From the NCBI GenBank assembly GCA_020850635.1, contig JADZEH010000024.1, forward strand, positions 8,617 to 72,616: DNA of 64,000 bases. The letters run 5' to 3'. Each line of letters starts with the position of its first letter. The stretch's first letter is position 1. Made by a program: the position numbers and the translations under genes. Below, piece by piece: positions 9,794 to 20,681 of this stretch. Source of the DNA: Candidatus Doudnabacteria bacterium (GTDB taxonomy: Bacteria; Patescibacteriota; Doudnabacteria; UBA920). Under the pieces are notes generated by a model. It saw only the letters and a program-made list of their open reading frames with translations. It did not search any database and was not told the origin of the DNA.

Positions 9794-10687
9794 TTATGTT
9801 CGATTGGAGCGCCATCGTTGCCAGAGAACTAATAACGGTGAAGCTACGAAAATTGAGGAGTAAGTTCCAGCGATGATACCAATGAATAAGGCCAGGACGA
9901 AGTACTTAATTGTTTCGCCACCAAAGAGCAATAGAGCTAATAACACAAAGAGAACGGTTAAACTAGTGTTTAAGGAACGAACTATGGTCTGAGTAATGCT
10001 ATGGTTAACCACGAACTCAAAAGGCTGGCCAGCATAAACTTTTAAGTTTTCTCGAATTCTGTCGAAGACCACAATTGTGTCGTGAACACTAAACCCGAGA
10101 ACCGTAAGCATAGCGGTAACGAACAAGCTATCGATTTCAATGTCGTAATAATGGCCAAGGATTGAAAATATACCCAAGACAATTAATAAGTCGTGAAGTA
10201 AAGCGACAATAGCAGCTACACCAAATTGAAATGAGGTGATTGGTTTAGCAACTTTGCGAAACGCGTAAGAGATGTAGATAATGATACCAGCTGAAACGAG
10301 TAACAGCTGATAGATAGCCTTACGCTTAAGCTCGTCCCCTATTACTGGTCCGATAGATTCAAAGCGTTTTTCTTCAAATGCACCGACTTTAGTGCGAATG
10401 TCCTCGAGAAGCTTGTCATGCTGTTCTTTTTCAAGTGTCCCGGTGCGAATAATTACCCCGTTGTTGTCTGTTGACTGTAATTGAAACGAGCCAATGTTTT
10501 GTTCTTCGACTACGGTCTTTACGGTATTGATATCACGTGGTTCAGAAAATGACAGTTCAGAAACTGTACCACCTTTGAAGTCGATCCCAAGTCTCAACCC
10601 GAACACAGCTAACGAAATAACTCCAGCTATTAAAATAACCCCGGAAAAGACGAATAAGTATTTGTAGACAGAAAGTAGTTTAAACAT
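9794..10687 (-). CDS. secF: Protein translocase subunit SecF
   Basis: LGIDFKGG, ALLHD, GFSVHDTIVVFDRIREN, GTYSSIFVA. Confidence 0.97.
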   Translation of the reverse strand: MFKLLSVYKYLFVFSGVILIAGVISLAVFGLRLGIDFKGGTVSELSFSEPRDINTVKTVVEEQNIGSFQLQSTDNNGVIIRTGTLEKEQHDKLLEDIRTKVGAFEEKRFESIGPVIGDELKRKAIYQLLLVSAGIIIYISYAFRKVAKPITSFQFGVAAIVALLHDLLIVLGIFSILGHYYDIEIDSLFVTAMLTVLGFSVHDTIVVFDRIRENLKVYAGQPFEFVVNHSITQTIVRSLNTSLTVLFVLLALLLFGGETIKYFVLALFIGIIAGTYSSIFVASPLLVLWQRWRSNRT

Positions 10688-10693
10688 AGTGGT

Positions 10694-12205
10694 TTATTGA
10701 TTGGCTCCAGCAGGTTCTGACTGGGTGGTTTTAATTTTCTTTGCTCCAAAGAGCCATGGATGTGACAGAATGCTCGCCCCTAAGAAAGTTTTAAGGAGCG
10801 TGCGGGTAATTGTAATCGCAGTAAACATTGAGATTAAAATACCAATTCCAAGTGTAATTGCGAAACCTTTAATCGACGGTGTACCAAACATGTACAGAAT
10901 GATTACCGTGATTAAGCTTGAAACGTTTGAATCGCGAATTGATGTCCAAGCACGAGCAAAACCATCCTGAACCGCTTTGTGAATATCTTTACCAGAATGA
11001 ATTTCTTCTTTCAAGCGTTCGAAAATTAAGATATTAGCATCAACCGCCATACCAATCGATAGGATAAACCCAGCAATACCAGCTAGAGTTAAAGTCACGG
11101 GAGCTAAACCACCTAAGAACAATAAAAGAATGTAACTAATTAGGGCTAGTGCTCCGAACCAGGCACTTACCGTAAGCCCAAGGAAGAAGAACAGACCCAC
11201 TAAGATAACAGCCGTAATTGAAATACCGATTTTAAAGACGGCAAATGAAATTAAGGCGTAGATAATTAAAGCAATAACAGCAAGTAGTCCTGGTAAGCGG
11301 TAGTTGTAAAGCATGAACACAATAATCAACAACATCCCGATAATACCAGCGATAATCGATTTTTGGATTGATTCTTGTCCAAGACTAGCCCCAACGTTTT
11401 GCTGGGATACTAAACTGATAGGAACAGGCAAAGCCCCACTGTTTAAATTCGTTGCTAAATCTTTAGCTGCTTTGATATCCCCAATACCTGTGATGTTAGC
11501 AATACCATCTGTGATTGGAGTTTGCACTGTCGGAGCGCTTAAAATTTGACCGTCGAGGAAAATCGCTACCCGTTTTCCTAAATTCTCCGAAGTAATTTTA
11601 GCGAATAAGTCTTTACCTTCGTCGTTAAATTCTAAACGGACCACGGCTTCGCTACCAATAGTACTGGTTCCCTGCTGAAGGATATCTGCAGTTGCTCGCT
11701 TCAGTTGCTTACCTGATAAACCAGTTGGCGCCCATAAATCTGCTGGATCAAGTACCATCTTACCAGTTGCATCAACACTGGCCTCTGGGTTAGCATTTGG
11801 ATTTTCTATGCGAAACTCCATAAATGGAGTTTGACCAATTTGTCGAATCGCTTCATTTACATCTTTAATTCCCGGGAGTTCAACTACAATTTTATCCTGA
11901 CCCTCAACTTGAACTAAGGGTTCAGCTACGCCGAAAGAGTTTACACGACGTTCAATAACCGTGCGAATCGAATTTAGGGCTTCTTCCCGATCTTCATCTG
12001 GAATATCTTTGAAGTCCGCTTGATAAACTAGGTGCGAGCCCCCTTGCAAATCTAATCCCAAATGAATACTAAATTGTTGTTCATAAGGAATCTTTAGTGG
12101 TTTTAAATTAATCTTACTACCTTGAGGATGCACGATCCATCCAGCTCCGGCGGCAACTATCAGTACAGCAAGTAAGGATAGTCCTAGACGTATTTTCTGT
12201 TTCAT
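10694..12205 (-). CDS. secD: Protein translocase subunit SecD
   Basis: LGLDLQGG, RRVNSFGVAEP, GMAVDANILIFER, IKGFAITL. Confidence 0.97.
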   Translation of the reverse strand: MKQKIRLGLSLLAVLIVAAGAGWIVHPQGSKINLKPLKIPYEQQFSIHLGLDLQGGSHLVYQADFKDIPDEDREEALNSIRTVIERRVNSFGVAEPLVQVEGQDKIVVELPGIKDVNEAIRQIGQTPFMEFRIENPNANPEASVDATGKMVLDPADLWAPTGLSGKQLKRATADILQQGTSTIGSEAVVRLEFNDEGKDLFAKITSENLGKRVAIFLDGQILSAPTVQTPITDGIANITGIGDIKAAKDLATNLNSGALPVPISLVSQQNVGASLGQESIQKSIIAGIIGMLLIIVFMLYNYRLPGLLAVIALIIYALISFAVFKIGISITAVILVGLFFFLGLTVSAWFGALALISYILLLFLGGLAPVTLTLAGIAGFILSIGMAVDANILIFERLKEEIHSGKDIHKAVQDGFARAWTSIRDSNVSSLITVIILYMFGTPSIKGFAITLGIGILISMFTAITITRTLLKTFLGASILSHPWLFGAKKIKTTQSEPAGANQ

Positions 12206-12295
12206 GAATTGATTAATTACTTAAAAATAGTTTAAACAAGCTTTAAAATCCTCACTAGTATAGCAAATTGTGAGGTTCTTTGGCAATTCTTGTTT

Positions 12296-13372
12296 TTAGA
12301 GGATTTTATGGAATGGCCAGGTTAAGACCTCAGCAATTTTTTGCCAAAGTTGACGGTGCCTCCACTGATGGCGTCGAATTTCTAATGAGCTCTCAATATC
12401 TTCGATAAATTGAGCCTTAACTTCTGCGGCAAATTTTTTGTCAGTACTGTTGATGTTCCCTTCGTAGTTGAAAAGTAAGCTTAAATTATCGAGATTTGAA
12501 CTTCCCACACTCGACCACTCATCATCAATTACTATAGTTTTGGCGTGCAGAACCGCATCGGCGTAAGTAAAAATTCTAATACCGGCTCTAAGCGCAATCC
12601 CAAAGTATGAGTACGTGGCAAGATCAACAATTGCGTGATCAGAAATTAAAGGCGTGATAATGCGAACATCTACCCCGCGTTTACTTGCCATGCGAAGAGC
12701 TCGGAAGATTGCAAGGTCAGGGATAAAGTAGGGCGAAGTGATAAATATATAATTTTCAGCTGATCGAATACTTGAAATTAGCTGTCTATATAGATAGCGT
12801 CTTTGGAAGTGGGGCGAGTTAGTAACATAATGAAAAGTTTCCGAGAAGTCTTTAGTTCGTGGATACCTCTGTGGTTTATTCGAAAGCTGTTTCGCTCTTA
12901 GATTGAAAAAAGCTTGTTCCATTTCCTTAACTACTAATCCTTTAATGCGCACGTGAGTGTCTCGCCAGTCTTTCATTCGTCCATTAATTCCGACTCCACC
13001 CGTATGACCGATCTCTGAATCGACCACTAGCAATTTTCGATGATCCCGGAAAAACCACGAAGTATAGTTATATGCTCGCCAAATGCTAATTGGTTTGAAA
13101 ATTAGTACTTCAACTCCCGCTTGCCTCATTTCAGCAATGAGATGTGAATATGTAAATAAATAACTACCAGCGCCGTCTAAAAGCAACTTAACTTTAATAC
13201 CTTCCTGCGCTTTCTTAATGAGCAGTTGCCCAAATTTATTCCCAATAACCGAATCATTGTTAAAAATATACTGCTCTAAACAAATAGAATGCTTGGCGGA
13301 CTCACAATCCTCATACATTGAATTCCAAGCGTCCTCAGCTTTAAGATAAAATTTCCATTCGGTGTTAGTCAT
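12296..13372 (-). CDS. Cardiolipin synthase / phospholipase D family (ClsB-like)
   Basis: Two HKD motifs: RDHRKLLVVD and LHAKTIVIDD...GSSNLD. Confidence 0.9.
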   Translation of the reverse strand: MTNTEWKFYLKAEDAWNSMYEDCESAKHSICLEQYIFNNDSVIGNKFGQLLIKKAQEGIKVKLLLDGAGSYLFTYSHLIAEMRQAGVEVLIFKPISIWRAYNYTSWFFRDHRKLLVVDSEIGHTGGVGINGRMKDWRDTHVRIKGLVVKEMEQAFFNLRAKQLSNKPQRYPRTKDFSETFHYVTNSPHFQRRYLYRQLISSIRSAENYIFITSPYFIPDLAIFRALRMASKRGVDVRIITPLISDHAIVDLATYSYFGIALRAGIRIFTYADAVLHAKTIVIDDEWSSVGSSNLDNLSLLFNYEGNINSTDKKFAAEVKAQFIEDIESSLEIRRHQWRHRQLWQKIAEVLTWPFHKIL

Positions 13373-14078
13373 GGAGTTTGTTCATCGTTGTTAAAAAAGC
13401 GTTTGCCCAGTTTTCGTAACCAATGTCTGACGGGTGAAATTGATCTTGAGCAAAAGTGATTTTTATATCTGGATATAGATGCCAGCCAAAATCATGGATT
13501 GGAACAACATGAACTCGATCGTTTTCTAGCTTGAGAAGTTCACGATTGACTACTTGGGCTTTGGCCTCAAGGACTTGTCTAAAAATCCATGGCAATAAAG
13601 GTGCGTCTTTTAAAATAGGAGTATTTGTTAGATAGATCTGAGCGTGAGTTTCAGCAAGTAATCTCTCAATAATAATTGAGTAATTTTCGACGATACTTGC
13701 GTTGCTTTTTAAATGGGTAATATCATTAGCCCCGATGGAGAGTGTGATGATGTCAGGATTCACCTCAATTATTTTGGGTAGTTGTTCTTCAATCACATTG
13801 TTTGTACGTGCTCCGCTTTTACCCACATGAACATATTTAACTTTATTTTGTTCAGACAGTCTTTGGAAAACTTTGTACGTATAAGTATGAGCAATGTCAC
13901 TGGCGCCTACACCAACAGAAGTACTATCACCAGCGGCAACATAAGTTAAGAGTTCGCCCGATCCCTGTTCACTATTTTGTTGAACGATTTCTGGCAATCG
14001 ATTACTTTTGAGTACATACAAGAATCGCCCATAAGAGACGGCGGCGTAAACAACAACAACGGCGAGAATTATGTACAT
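13365..14078 (-). CDS. SGNH/GDSL hydrolase with N-terminal anchor (probable start ATG 14078)
   Basis: GDSTSVG, GKSG, GAND and DQFHPS blocks. Confidence 0.88.
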   Translation of the reverse strand: MYIILAVVVVYAAVSYGRFLYVLKSNRLPEIVQQNSEQGSGELLTYVAAGDSTSVGVGASDIAHTYTYKVFQRLSEQNKVKYVHVGKSGARTNNVIEEQLPKIIEVNPDIITLSIGANDITHLKSNASIVENYSIIIERLLAETHAQIYLTNTPILKDAPLLPWIFRQVLEAKAQVVNRELLKLENDRVHVVPIHDFGWHLYPDIKITFAQDQFHPSDIGYENWANAFLTTMNKLHD

Positions 14079-14088
14079 TATTTTGAAG

Positions 14089-14661
14089 TTACGTTTTGAC
14101 AATTTGTTTGAGTTGTAAAAAGTCTTTGATAATTTCGGCTTTGACTTTTGGAGCATAAAGTGGAGCAGCAGGATGATAAGCTAACAAATATTTAATGCCA
14201 TCATTTTCGACAATAGTTCCGTGTTCTTTGGCAATAGAAATATTTTGCTTTAGTACAGCGAGTGCTGCAACTCGACCTAGTAAGACTACAACTTTAGGCT
14301 CAATGATAGCAAACTGCAGCAACAAGTGTTTGCGACCATGCGCAACTTCGGCTGGTGTTGGTGTAACGTGTTTCGGCAAGTACTTTACCGGACTTGTGAT
14401 GTAGACATCTTTTTCTTTTAAACCAACTTCATTGATTAAACCGCGAAGCAGCTTCCCTGCTCTACCGATAAATGGTCTGCCGGTTTTAGCTTCTTCTTTC
14501 CCAGGAGCTTCGCCAATAAAGACAATGTCAGCATCGGGATTGCCTTCACCGGGAACAGCAACCCCAATTTTATCCTTTTTACAAACACGGCACTGCGAAA
14601 TTTGCAGTGCGATAGTATCTAAGGCTTCTTGTTTTTGTTTCTTTGTCAGTTTCTTTGGCAT
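14089..14661 (-). CDS. Uracil-DNA glycosylase, family 4 (probable start ATG 14661)
   Basis: Cxx[29 protein letters not shown]; TATACT lies 6 nt before ATG 14661. Confidence 0.9.
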   Translation of the reverse strand: MPKKLTKKQKQEALDTIALQISQCRVCKKDKIGVAVPGEGNPDADIVFIGEAPGKEEAKTGRPFIGRAGKLLRGLINEVGLKEKDVYITSPVKYLPKHVTPTPAEVAHGRKHLLLQFAIIEPKVVVLLGRVAALAVLKQNISIAKEHGTIVENDGIKYLLAYHPAAPLYAPKVKAEIIKDFLQLKQIVKT

Positions 14662-14719
14662 GTCTTGAGTATACGAAAAAAGCCCATCCTTGGGTAGGAG
14701 GAGCTTTTCCAAAATACTC

Positions 14720-15742
14720 TTATTGAATACAAATATAGTTCCAGGTTTCGGCTCCGCCAGTTGTAGAGGCAACGAAATTTAAGGTAAGAGCTGTGGTAGA
14801 CGAAGTTACATAAACCTTACCGGCATCTACTTGGCCAGTGTCCGTGGCTGGGCTTACAGTGCATACCGGAGCCGATGCGTAAGCGGTTTGGAAAGTAACA
14901 ACTAAAGTCCCTGCTCCAGCGCCGACAGTTGCTGAAATTTTTCCTTTAGTATCGCTACTTCCTGAACTCAAAGTGGCACCGCTATAACCAGCACCTGTAA
15001 CGCTGGGTGTTGGGGCTGTTGTCTGTGATGAAATCAAGTGAGAAGTCGCTGGTCCAAGTGTAACGTTAGTACCCACAGTTACACCACTTGCCGCGATAGT
15101 AACAACGGCCGTGGTTGGTCTAGCTGCAAAGCCACCCGTAAAACCAATTCCGATAGTACTAGCACTGTGTGGGTAAATTGCACCAACATTACCTGGGGTA
15201 TTCAGAGTATAACCAATTCCGGATCCTCCATAGAGAATAATTCCACCCGTACCTGCTCCATTTGCTTCTGACCCAATTGCCAGAGTACCATTACTACTCG
15301 CGCTTGCTACTGAACTTGCCGACAGTCGCATTATGGTGTCTGGGCTAACTGGATTTGCTCCTGGAGGTGACCACAGAAAATCGAATGATGGACTACCAGC
15401 AAAATCACCCATTGAAATATTAGTCCCTAACACACTCGTATCATCTAAATTGTACGAATTATAGGTAGCTGTTGGGGACATATTAAAAGTAAACTGTGAC
15501 AACCTTATCAAATCTGAAAGCACAGAAGAGGTGGCCATATGAGCATACATACCAGTTTCAGCAATTGGGATCCTTAAAGTTCCCGTTAAAGTAGTGTCCC
15601 CGGTGATTGCAACTGATGTCCCTTGCAAAGCAATTAAGCCGTCCGATGTTATCGTAGTCGAGCCAACTGTTAAAGCCGCTTGTGCGGATTTTGCACTAGT
15701 AAATAATAGTGCAATAAAAATTAAAAAATAGAGTTTTTTCAT
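14720..15742 (-). CDS. Secreted S/T/G/A-rich surface or fibre-like protein
   Basis: Sec signal ending AQA/A, low-complexity beta-rich body, C-terminal VTFQTAYASAPVCTVS...WNYICIQ. Confidence 0.6.
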   Translation of the reverse strand: MKKLYFLIFIALLFTSAKSAQAALTVGSTTITSDGLIALQGTSVAITGDTTLTGTLRIPIAETGMYAHMATSSVLSDLIRLSQFTFNMSPTATYNSYNLDDTSVLGTNISMGDFAGSPSFDFLWSPPGANPVSPDTIMRLSASSVASASSNGTLAIGSEANGAGTGGIILYGGSGIGYTLNTPGNVGAIYPHSASTIGIGFTGGFAARPTTAVVTIAASGVTVGTNVTLGPATSHLISSQTTAPTPSVTGAGYSGATLSSGSSDTKGKISATVGAGAGTLVVTFQTAYASAPVCTVSPATDTGQVDAGKVYVTSSTTALTLNFVASTTGGAETWNYICIQ

Positions 15743-15886
15743 TTATTTTTATTTAATTACGAGCTTTTATTAGGTATTGTATCAATACTCAATTGTAACA
15801 TATATGTGTGACATCGACTAAGTTAGAGCTACCCTAACTTTAATACAGAAGGCCACTTTTTAAATAGAAGCGAACTCGACAGTAAT

Positions 15887-18610
15887 TTATTTCTTAGCTA
15901 AGTTTTGTTGATGTTCAGGTGTGTTGAGTAATTCGCACTTCTTGTACTTCTTTCCGCTTCCACAAGGGCAAGGGTCATTACGGCCGACGTCGTTATTACT
16001 AGAAGCATCAGGGTCACCAGAAGCCGCTTGTGCGCCATCAGATGAGCTCAAAACGATGTTACCGGTCGCTTGTTGGACTTCTTGAGGGGCCTGCACCGTA
16101 ACTTTCAAAACCATCGACGCGATTTGCTTGTTTAATTCCTTTAGCAAGCCTTGGAACATAATAAAGCCTTCTTTTTTGTATTCAACTAACGGATCTCTTT
16201 GACCATAACCGCGTAAACGTACTGAGTCACGCAAGTGATCCATGGTATCTAAGTGTTCCATCCATAAGGTATCCAAAGTTTGCAACGCAATATAACGTAT
16301 GATTTGCTCATACTGCTTCTCGCCTAATTCTTGTTCTTTGATTGCAAAATAATCTTCAGCAGCCTTAGTTAAAGCATCAGTGATTGCAAACTCTTTGCTG
16401 GCAGCGTTTCTACTTGCTTCAACAACCTTTGCCTGTACTTCTGGCGTAACTGGTAAGATGGTGTTGGCTTGTTCGAAAATTGTTTTTAAGGCTTCCTGGG
16501 AATCTTCAATTGATTCTGTGTTGAAAGTGACTAACTCCGAAATTTCATTGCGAATAAATCCAAGAACCTCTTCCTTTACATCAAGAGCTTCTTCATTTTC
16601 GCCGATTACACCTAAGTAGCGCTTGCGACGTTTGTAAATTACGGTGCGTTGATGATTCAAGACATCATCAAATTCAAGAACATGTTTTCGAGTATCAAAG
16701 TTTAATCCTTCAATTTTTTTCTGAGCTTGTTCAATAGAACGAGATACGAGACTGGCTTCGATAGGCTGATCATCTTCAAGGCCTAAGCGAGTCATCATGT
16801 TTTTCATACGCTCGCCACCAAAGAGGCGCATGAGATCGTCTTCCATGCTGACAAAGAACTGACTGCGACCATTATCGCCTTGACGACCAGAACGTCCACG
16901 GAGCTGGTTATCAATACGACGAGATTCGTGTCGCTCTGTACCTAAAACGTATAAACCACCGGCGTCTTGAACACGCTTTGCTTCCTCAGGATCGATTGGA
17001 TTACCACCAAGCAGAATGTCGACACCACGACCAGCAATGTTTGTAGCGAGTGTTACCGCACCAAAACGACCAGCCTGAGCAATAATATTAGCTTCACGTT
17101 CATGGTTTTTAGCATTCAAGATTTCAAACTGAACCCCTGCTTTCTTTAGATGCTCAGCAAGAATTTCGTTTTTAGCAATACTAACCGTACCAATCAAAAT
17201 TGGTTGACCAACTTTATTACGCTCCTTAACTTCATTAGCAATGGCTTTAAACTTCGCTTCCTCAGTTTTGTACACTACATCTGGGGCGTCTTCACGAACC
17301 ATTGGTTTGTTGGTGGGAATTTGCTCAACGTGAAGTTTGTAGATTTTGAAAAATTCTTCTTCTTCGGTTTTAGCCGTACCGGTCATACCAGAAAGTCTGG
17401 AGTATAGGCGGAATAAGTTCTGGAACGTAATTGTGGCTAAAGTCTTGCTCTCTTGCTGAATTTTCACACCCTCTTTAGCTTCGATAGCTTGGTGGAGACC
17501 TTCGCTGTAACGACGACCAAACATCATGCGTCCAGTAAATTCATCAACGATAATAATTTCGTTGTCACGAACCACATAGTCTCGGTCGCGTTTAAACAAA
17601 GTTTTAGCACGAAGGGCTTGCTCAATATGATGTAAGGTTGTTACACCCTTACTGGTGTCGTAAATGTTTTCAACATTTAAAATCTTTTCAATTTTGTTGA
17701 TACCTTCATCGCTCAAGCTGGCTGACTTATGTTTTTCGTCAGTGGTATAGTCAGTGTCTTCTTGGAGACGATCAACGATTTTTGCAAACTCAATATATTT
17801 ATCGGTTGGATCGGTATCCGGCTGAGAAATGATTAAAGGAGTACGAGCTTCATCAATTAAAATGCTGTCGACTTCATCGACGATCACGAAAAACAAATCT
17901 CGCTGAACTAAACGCTCGGCGGATGGTACCATGTTATCGCGCAAATAATCGAAACCGTATTCATTGTTGGTACCGTAGGTAATGTCGGCGGCATAAGCTT
18001 CGCGACGAGTAATTGGTCGCATGTGCTTTACGTCCATAACCAAACCTTGAGTTTCGCTCTCTAAACGATCGATTTCTTCTTGTTCTGGTTGATAAGTTGG
18101 ATCGTAACGGAAAGACTGTTCGTGTTGAATAGAGGAGACAGAAAGACCAAGATAGTGGAAGATGGGACCCATTAAACTCGCATGCCAACGTGCCAAATAG
18201 TCGTTAACAGTAACCAAATGAGCACCACGTCCTGCTAAAGCGTGTAAAACTAAAGGTAAGGTTGCGGTTAAAGTTTTACCTTCACCAGTTTTCATTTCGG
18301 CAATCTTACCTTCTGACAAAACTAAACCACCAACGACTTGAACATCGTAGTGTGATTTGGCAATTGAACGATGTGAGGCTTCGCGAGTTAAAGCGAACAC
18401 ACGATTTCGAATCTCGGCAAGCTTTTTAAAAACTTTGTCTTCAGATTTTAGTTCCGCGAGTTCATCACGATATGTTTTAATCTCAGCCTGAATTTGTTCT
18501 TGGCTGAGATTTTTGATTTCATCAGCAAGTGCGTTAATCTCAGCAAGGTCCTTCTTATATGTGACTAGAGGATCTTTTTCAAAAGAGAATATCTTGGAAA
18601 TAAATGACAT
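15887..18610 (-). CDS. secA: Preprotein translocase ATPase SecA
   Basis: EMKTGEGKT, DEVDSILIDEARTPLIIS, QLRGRSGRQGD, C-terminal GRNDPCPCGSGKKYKKC. Confidence 0.98.
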   Translation of the reverse strand: MSFISKIFSFEKDPLVTYKKDLAEINALADEIKNLSQEQIQAEIKTYRDELAELKSEDKVFKKLAEIRNRVFALTREASHRSIAKSHYDVQVVGGLVLSEGKIAEMKTGEGKTLTATLPLVLHALAGRGAHLVTVNDYLARWHASLMGPIFHYLGLSVSSIQHEQSFRYDPTYQPEQEEIDRLESETQGLVMDVKHMRPITRREAYAADITYGTNNEYGFDYLRDNMVPSAERLVQRDLFFVIVDEVDSILIDEARTPLIISQPDTDPTDKYIEFAKIVDRLQEDTDYTTDEKHKSASLSDEGINKIEKILNVENIYDTSKGVTTLHHIEQALRAKTLFKRDRDYVVRDNEIIIVDEFTGRMMFGRRYSEGLHQAIEAKEGVKIQQESKTLATITFQNLFRLYSRLSGMTGTAKTEEEEFFKIYKLHVEQIPTNKPMVREDAPDVVYKTEEAKFKAIANEVKERNKVGQPILIGTVSIAKNEILAEHLKKAGVQFEILNAKNHEREANIIAQAGRFGAVTLATNIAGRGVDILLGGNPIDPEEAKRVQDAGGLYVLGTERHESRRIDNQLRGRSGRQGDNGRSQFFVSMEDDLMRLFGGERMKNMMTRLGLEDDQPIEASLVSRSIEQAQKKIEGLNFDTRKHVLEFDDVLNHQRTVIYKRRKRYLGVIGENEEALDVKEEVLGFIRNEISELVTFNTESIEDSQEALKTIFEQANTILPVTPEVQAKVVEASRNAASKEFAITDALTKAAEDYFAIKEQELGEKQYEQIIRYIALQTLDTLWMEHLDTMDHLRDSVRLRGYGQRDPLVEYKKEGFIMFQGLLKELNKQIASMVLKVTVQAPQEVQQATGNIVLSSSDGAQAASGDPDASSNNDVGRNDPCPCGSGKKYKKCELLNTPEHQQNLAKK

Positions 18611-18760
18611 AATTTGTCTTATATATAAGCCTTTTCTGGCGTTAAGTTCTGTAAATACTAATATAGTATAGCTTAAAATGGCCTAAAAACCAATGGTTGT
18701 TCTTCTAAACTAAAGTACGTCACCACTTTATAGATGACGTACTAATTAAATCTTAAATTC

Positions 18761-19093
18761 TTATTTCGCTCGCTTGAACATCGCCCCAAGACGACGACGT
18801 AAACTTATTTTCTTATCTTTTTCTTTCGTCAGTTGTTCGCGAATTTTTGGAAGGACTAAATCTAAAGCGGCATAAAAATTATCAGAAGCAGCCTCGGCAT
18901 AATGACCATGTGGCTGGATACGAACTTCTACTCGCTGCACTTCTCCGCTTTGATGATGCTTATCAATCTCCAACTCTACGTGTACGGTCTCGTCTGGTTT
19001 TAAAAACTTCTCTAAAACAGAAAGTTTGTTTTCAATACCGGCACGTACAGAATCGGACACTGTAGTATTTGTCGCTTTTATATTGAGATTCAT
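18761..19093 (-). CDS. hpf: Ribosome hibernation promoting factor (short HPF/RaiA)
   Basis: MNLNIKATN...FYAALDLVLPKIREQLTKEKDK; upstream of secA as is common. Confidence 0.85.
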   Translation of the reverse strand: MNLNIKATNTTVSDSVRAGIENKLSVLEKFLKPDETVHVELEIDKHHQSGEVQRVEVRIQPHGHYAEAASDNFYAALDLVLPKIREQLTKEKDKKISLRRRLGAMFKRAK

Positions 19094-19124
19094 AAGATCC
19101 TTTCACTTACTAATCTTACCTTAA

Positions 19125-20216
19125 TTATACCACGTTAAGCCTTCCTTCAAAACCAACAAACTCTGGTTCGTGCTCTAATTCAACCCCAGTTTTTGCTAGT
19201 ACCCCAGCTTTTACTTGATTATAGAGGGTGATTACGTCTTCTGCACTAGCTTTCCCTGTTTTATTCAAGATAATCGCTGGTTGAGCGGGATTAATTTGAG
19301 CTCCCCCAACCTCTAAACCCTTAAACCCACAAACATCAAGTAAAAATGCAGTAGGGGTTTTGTAGCCTTGAGGGACTTTAAGTCTATCTGCCATCGCTTC
19401 AAGGCGCTGAGCTTGTTCAGTTCCAAATAAATCTAGAACTTTCTTTTGCATGTCCGCAAACTCACTATCGCTTAATATTGGACCACGGAAAAATGAACCA
19501 GCATTACCGCGTTCGGGTGCATCTGGAAACGGAAACTTGGTATTTCTAATTTCAATAATCGCGCTTCTAATTTCGGCAAGGGTAATTGTTTGCGGATCAC
19601 GATCAGCAAACTTAATTTTCAAATCACCATAAGATAAATTTGGATTGGGTACTTTTGATAACACTAAGTTTGTATGTAATATAACGTAACGATTTTTTTC
19701 CGAGGTATTGAAGATACTTTTTCGATAACCAAACTCACACTCATCGCGAGAAATAATTTTTGTGTCATGTGTTTGTCGATCGAATACCAACACTGATTCT
19801 ACAACCTGACTGGCCTCTTGTCCGTAAGCCCCCACATTTTGAACTGTAAGTGCGCCAGTGTTGCCTGGGATGTGTGATAAGTTCTCAATGCCCCATAGCC
19901 CATGCTCAACGGCAAACGCCACCACAGAGTCCCAGTTTTGACCTGAGCCAATCGTCAGTCGAACCTGAGAATCTGAAATATCTTCTTGCTCAATACCTTC
20001 GTTAACCAGCTTTATAACTAGGCCATCAAAGCCTTTATCCGAAACGAGAACATTGCTACCACCACCCATAATCAAAACTTGGGCAGATTTTTGTTCTGCA
20101 AATTTTAAAGCCTCGTTAAGCTCATCGGTGGTTTTAGCTTCACAAAAATATTTAGCTAGACCGCCGATGTGAAAAGTGGTGTGCTCTGAAAGTAAAATGT
20201 TTTCTTGAATATCCAT
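19125..20216 (-). CDS. murB: UDP-N-acetylenolpyruvoylglucosamine reductase
   Basis: HTTFHIGG, GGGSNVL, IPGNTGA...QNVGAYG, FGYRKSIF, GNAGSFF, LEHEP. Confidence 0.95.
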   Translation of the reverse strand: MDIQENILLSEHTTFHIGGLAKYFCEAKTTDELNEALKFAEQKSAQVLIMGGGSNVLVSDKGFDGLVIKLVNEGIEQEDISDSQVRLTIGSGQNWDSVVAFAVEHGLWGIENLSHIPGNTGALTVQNVGAYGQEASQVVESVLVFDRQTHDTKIISRDECEFGYRKSIFNTSEKNRYVILHTNLVLSKVPNPNLSYGDLKIKFADRDPQTITLAEIRSAIIEIRNTKFPFPDAPERGNAGSFFRGPILSDSEFADMQKKVLDLFGTEQAQRLEAMADRLKVPQGYKTPTAFLLDVCGFKGLEVGGAQINPAQPAIILNKTGKASAEDVITLYNQVKAGVLAKTGVELEHEPEFVGFEGRLNVV

Positions 20217-20294
20217 AAGTTAAATTGTTTGACTAACCTCTATTTTTATGATTAAATGTATAGCCGAGAGAACGACGAAGAGGAGGAGTTACCC

Positions 20295-20669
20295 ATGCCT
20301 GACGAAGCCCCGGACTTGTCGGTGATCAAGATGCCAACTGACGACGAGAAGAAGTACTTCCTGTACAGTAAGCTCAACACATACATGCGTCGCGGCGAGG
20401 AACAAGGTCTTGCTTACAGGGCTCCTGAGGCCATGAGCAGGGACGAGATCGACACTCACTACAAGACCTACATTCTCACTCACTTGATTGTGAATGATGA
20501 GATCCTCCCAGACCAAATGTCGGCCGCACTTGCAGGCCCTTATGGCTTGGAAACCGATATATTCTACAATGCCTGGATAGTCATCGATGACTATGCCACA
20601 ACAGGAGGTGAAAAGGCTCGCGCCGGCAAATCCTGGAATCTCCCGCCTGAGGAGGACCCCCCGAACTGA
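20295..20669 (+). CDS. Orphan hypothetical protein (GC-rich cassette), probable start ATG 20295
   Basis: GAGGAGGAG SD before ATG; about 57% GC in a sampled 60-nt line; followed by CCCCCGA..TCGGGGG-T tract terminator. Confidence 0.65.
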   Translation: MPDEAPDLSVIKMPTDDEKKYFLYSKLNTYMRRGEEQGLAYRAPEAMSRDEIDTHYKTYILTHLIVNDEILPDQMSAALAGPYGLETDIFYNAWIVIDDYATTGGEKARAGKSWNLPPEEDPPN

Positions 20670-20681
20670 TCGGGGGCTTTT

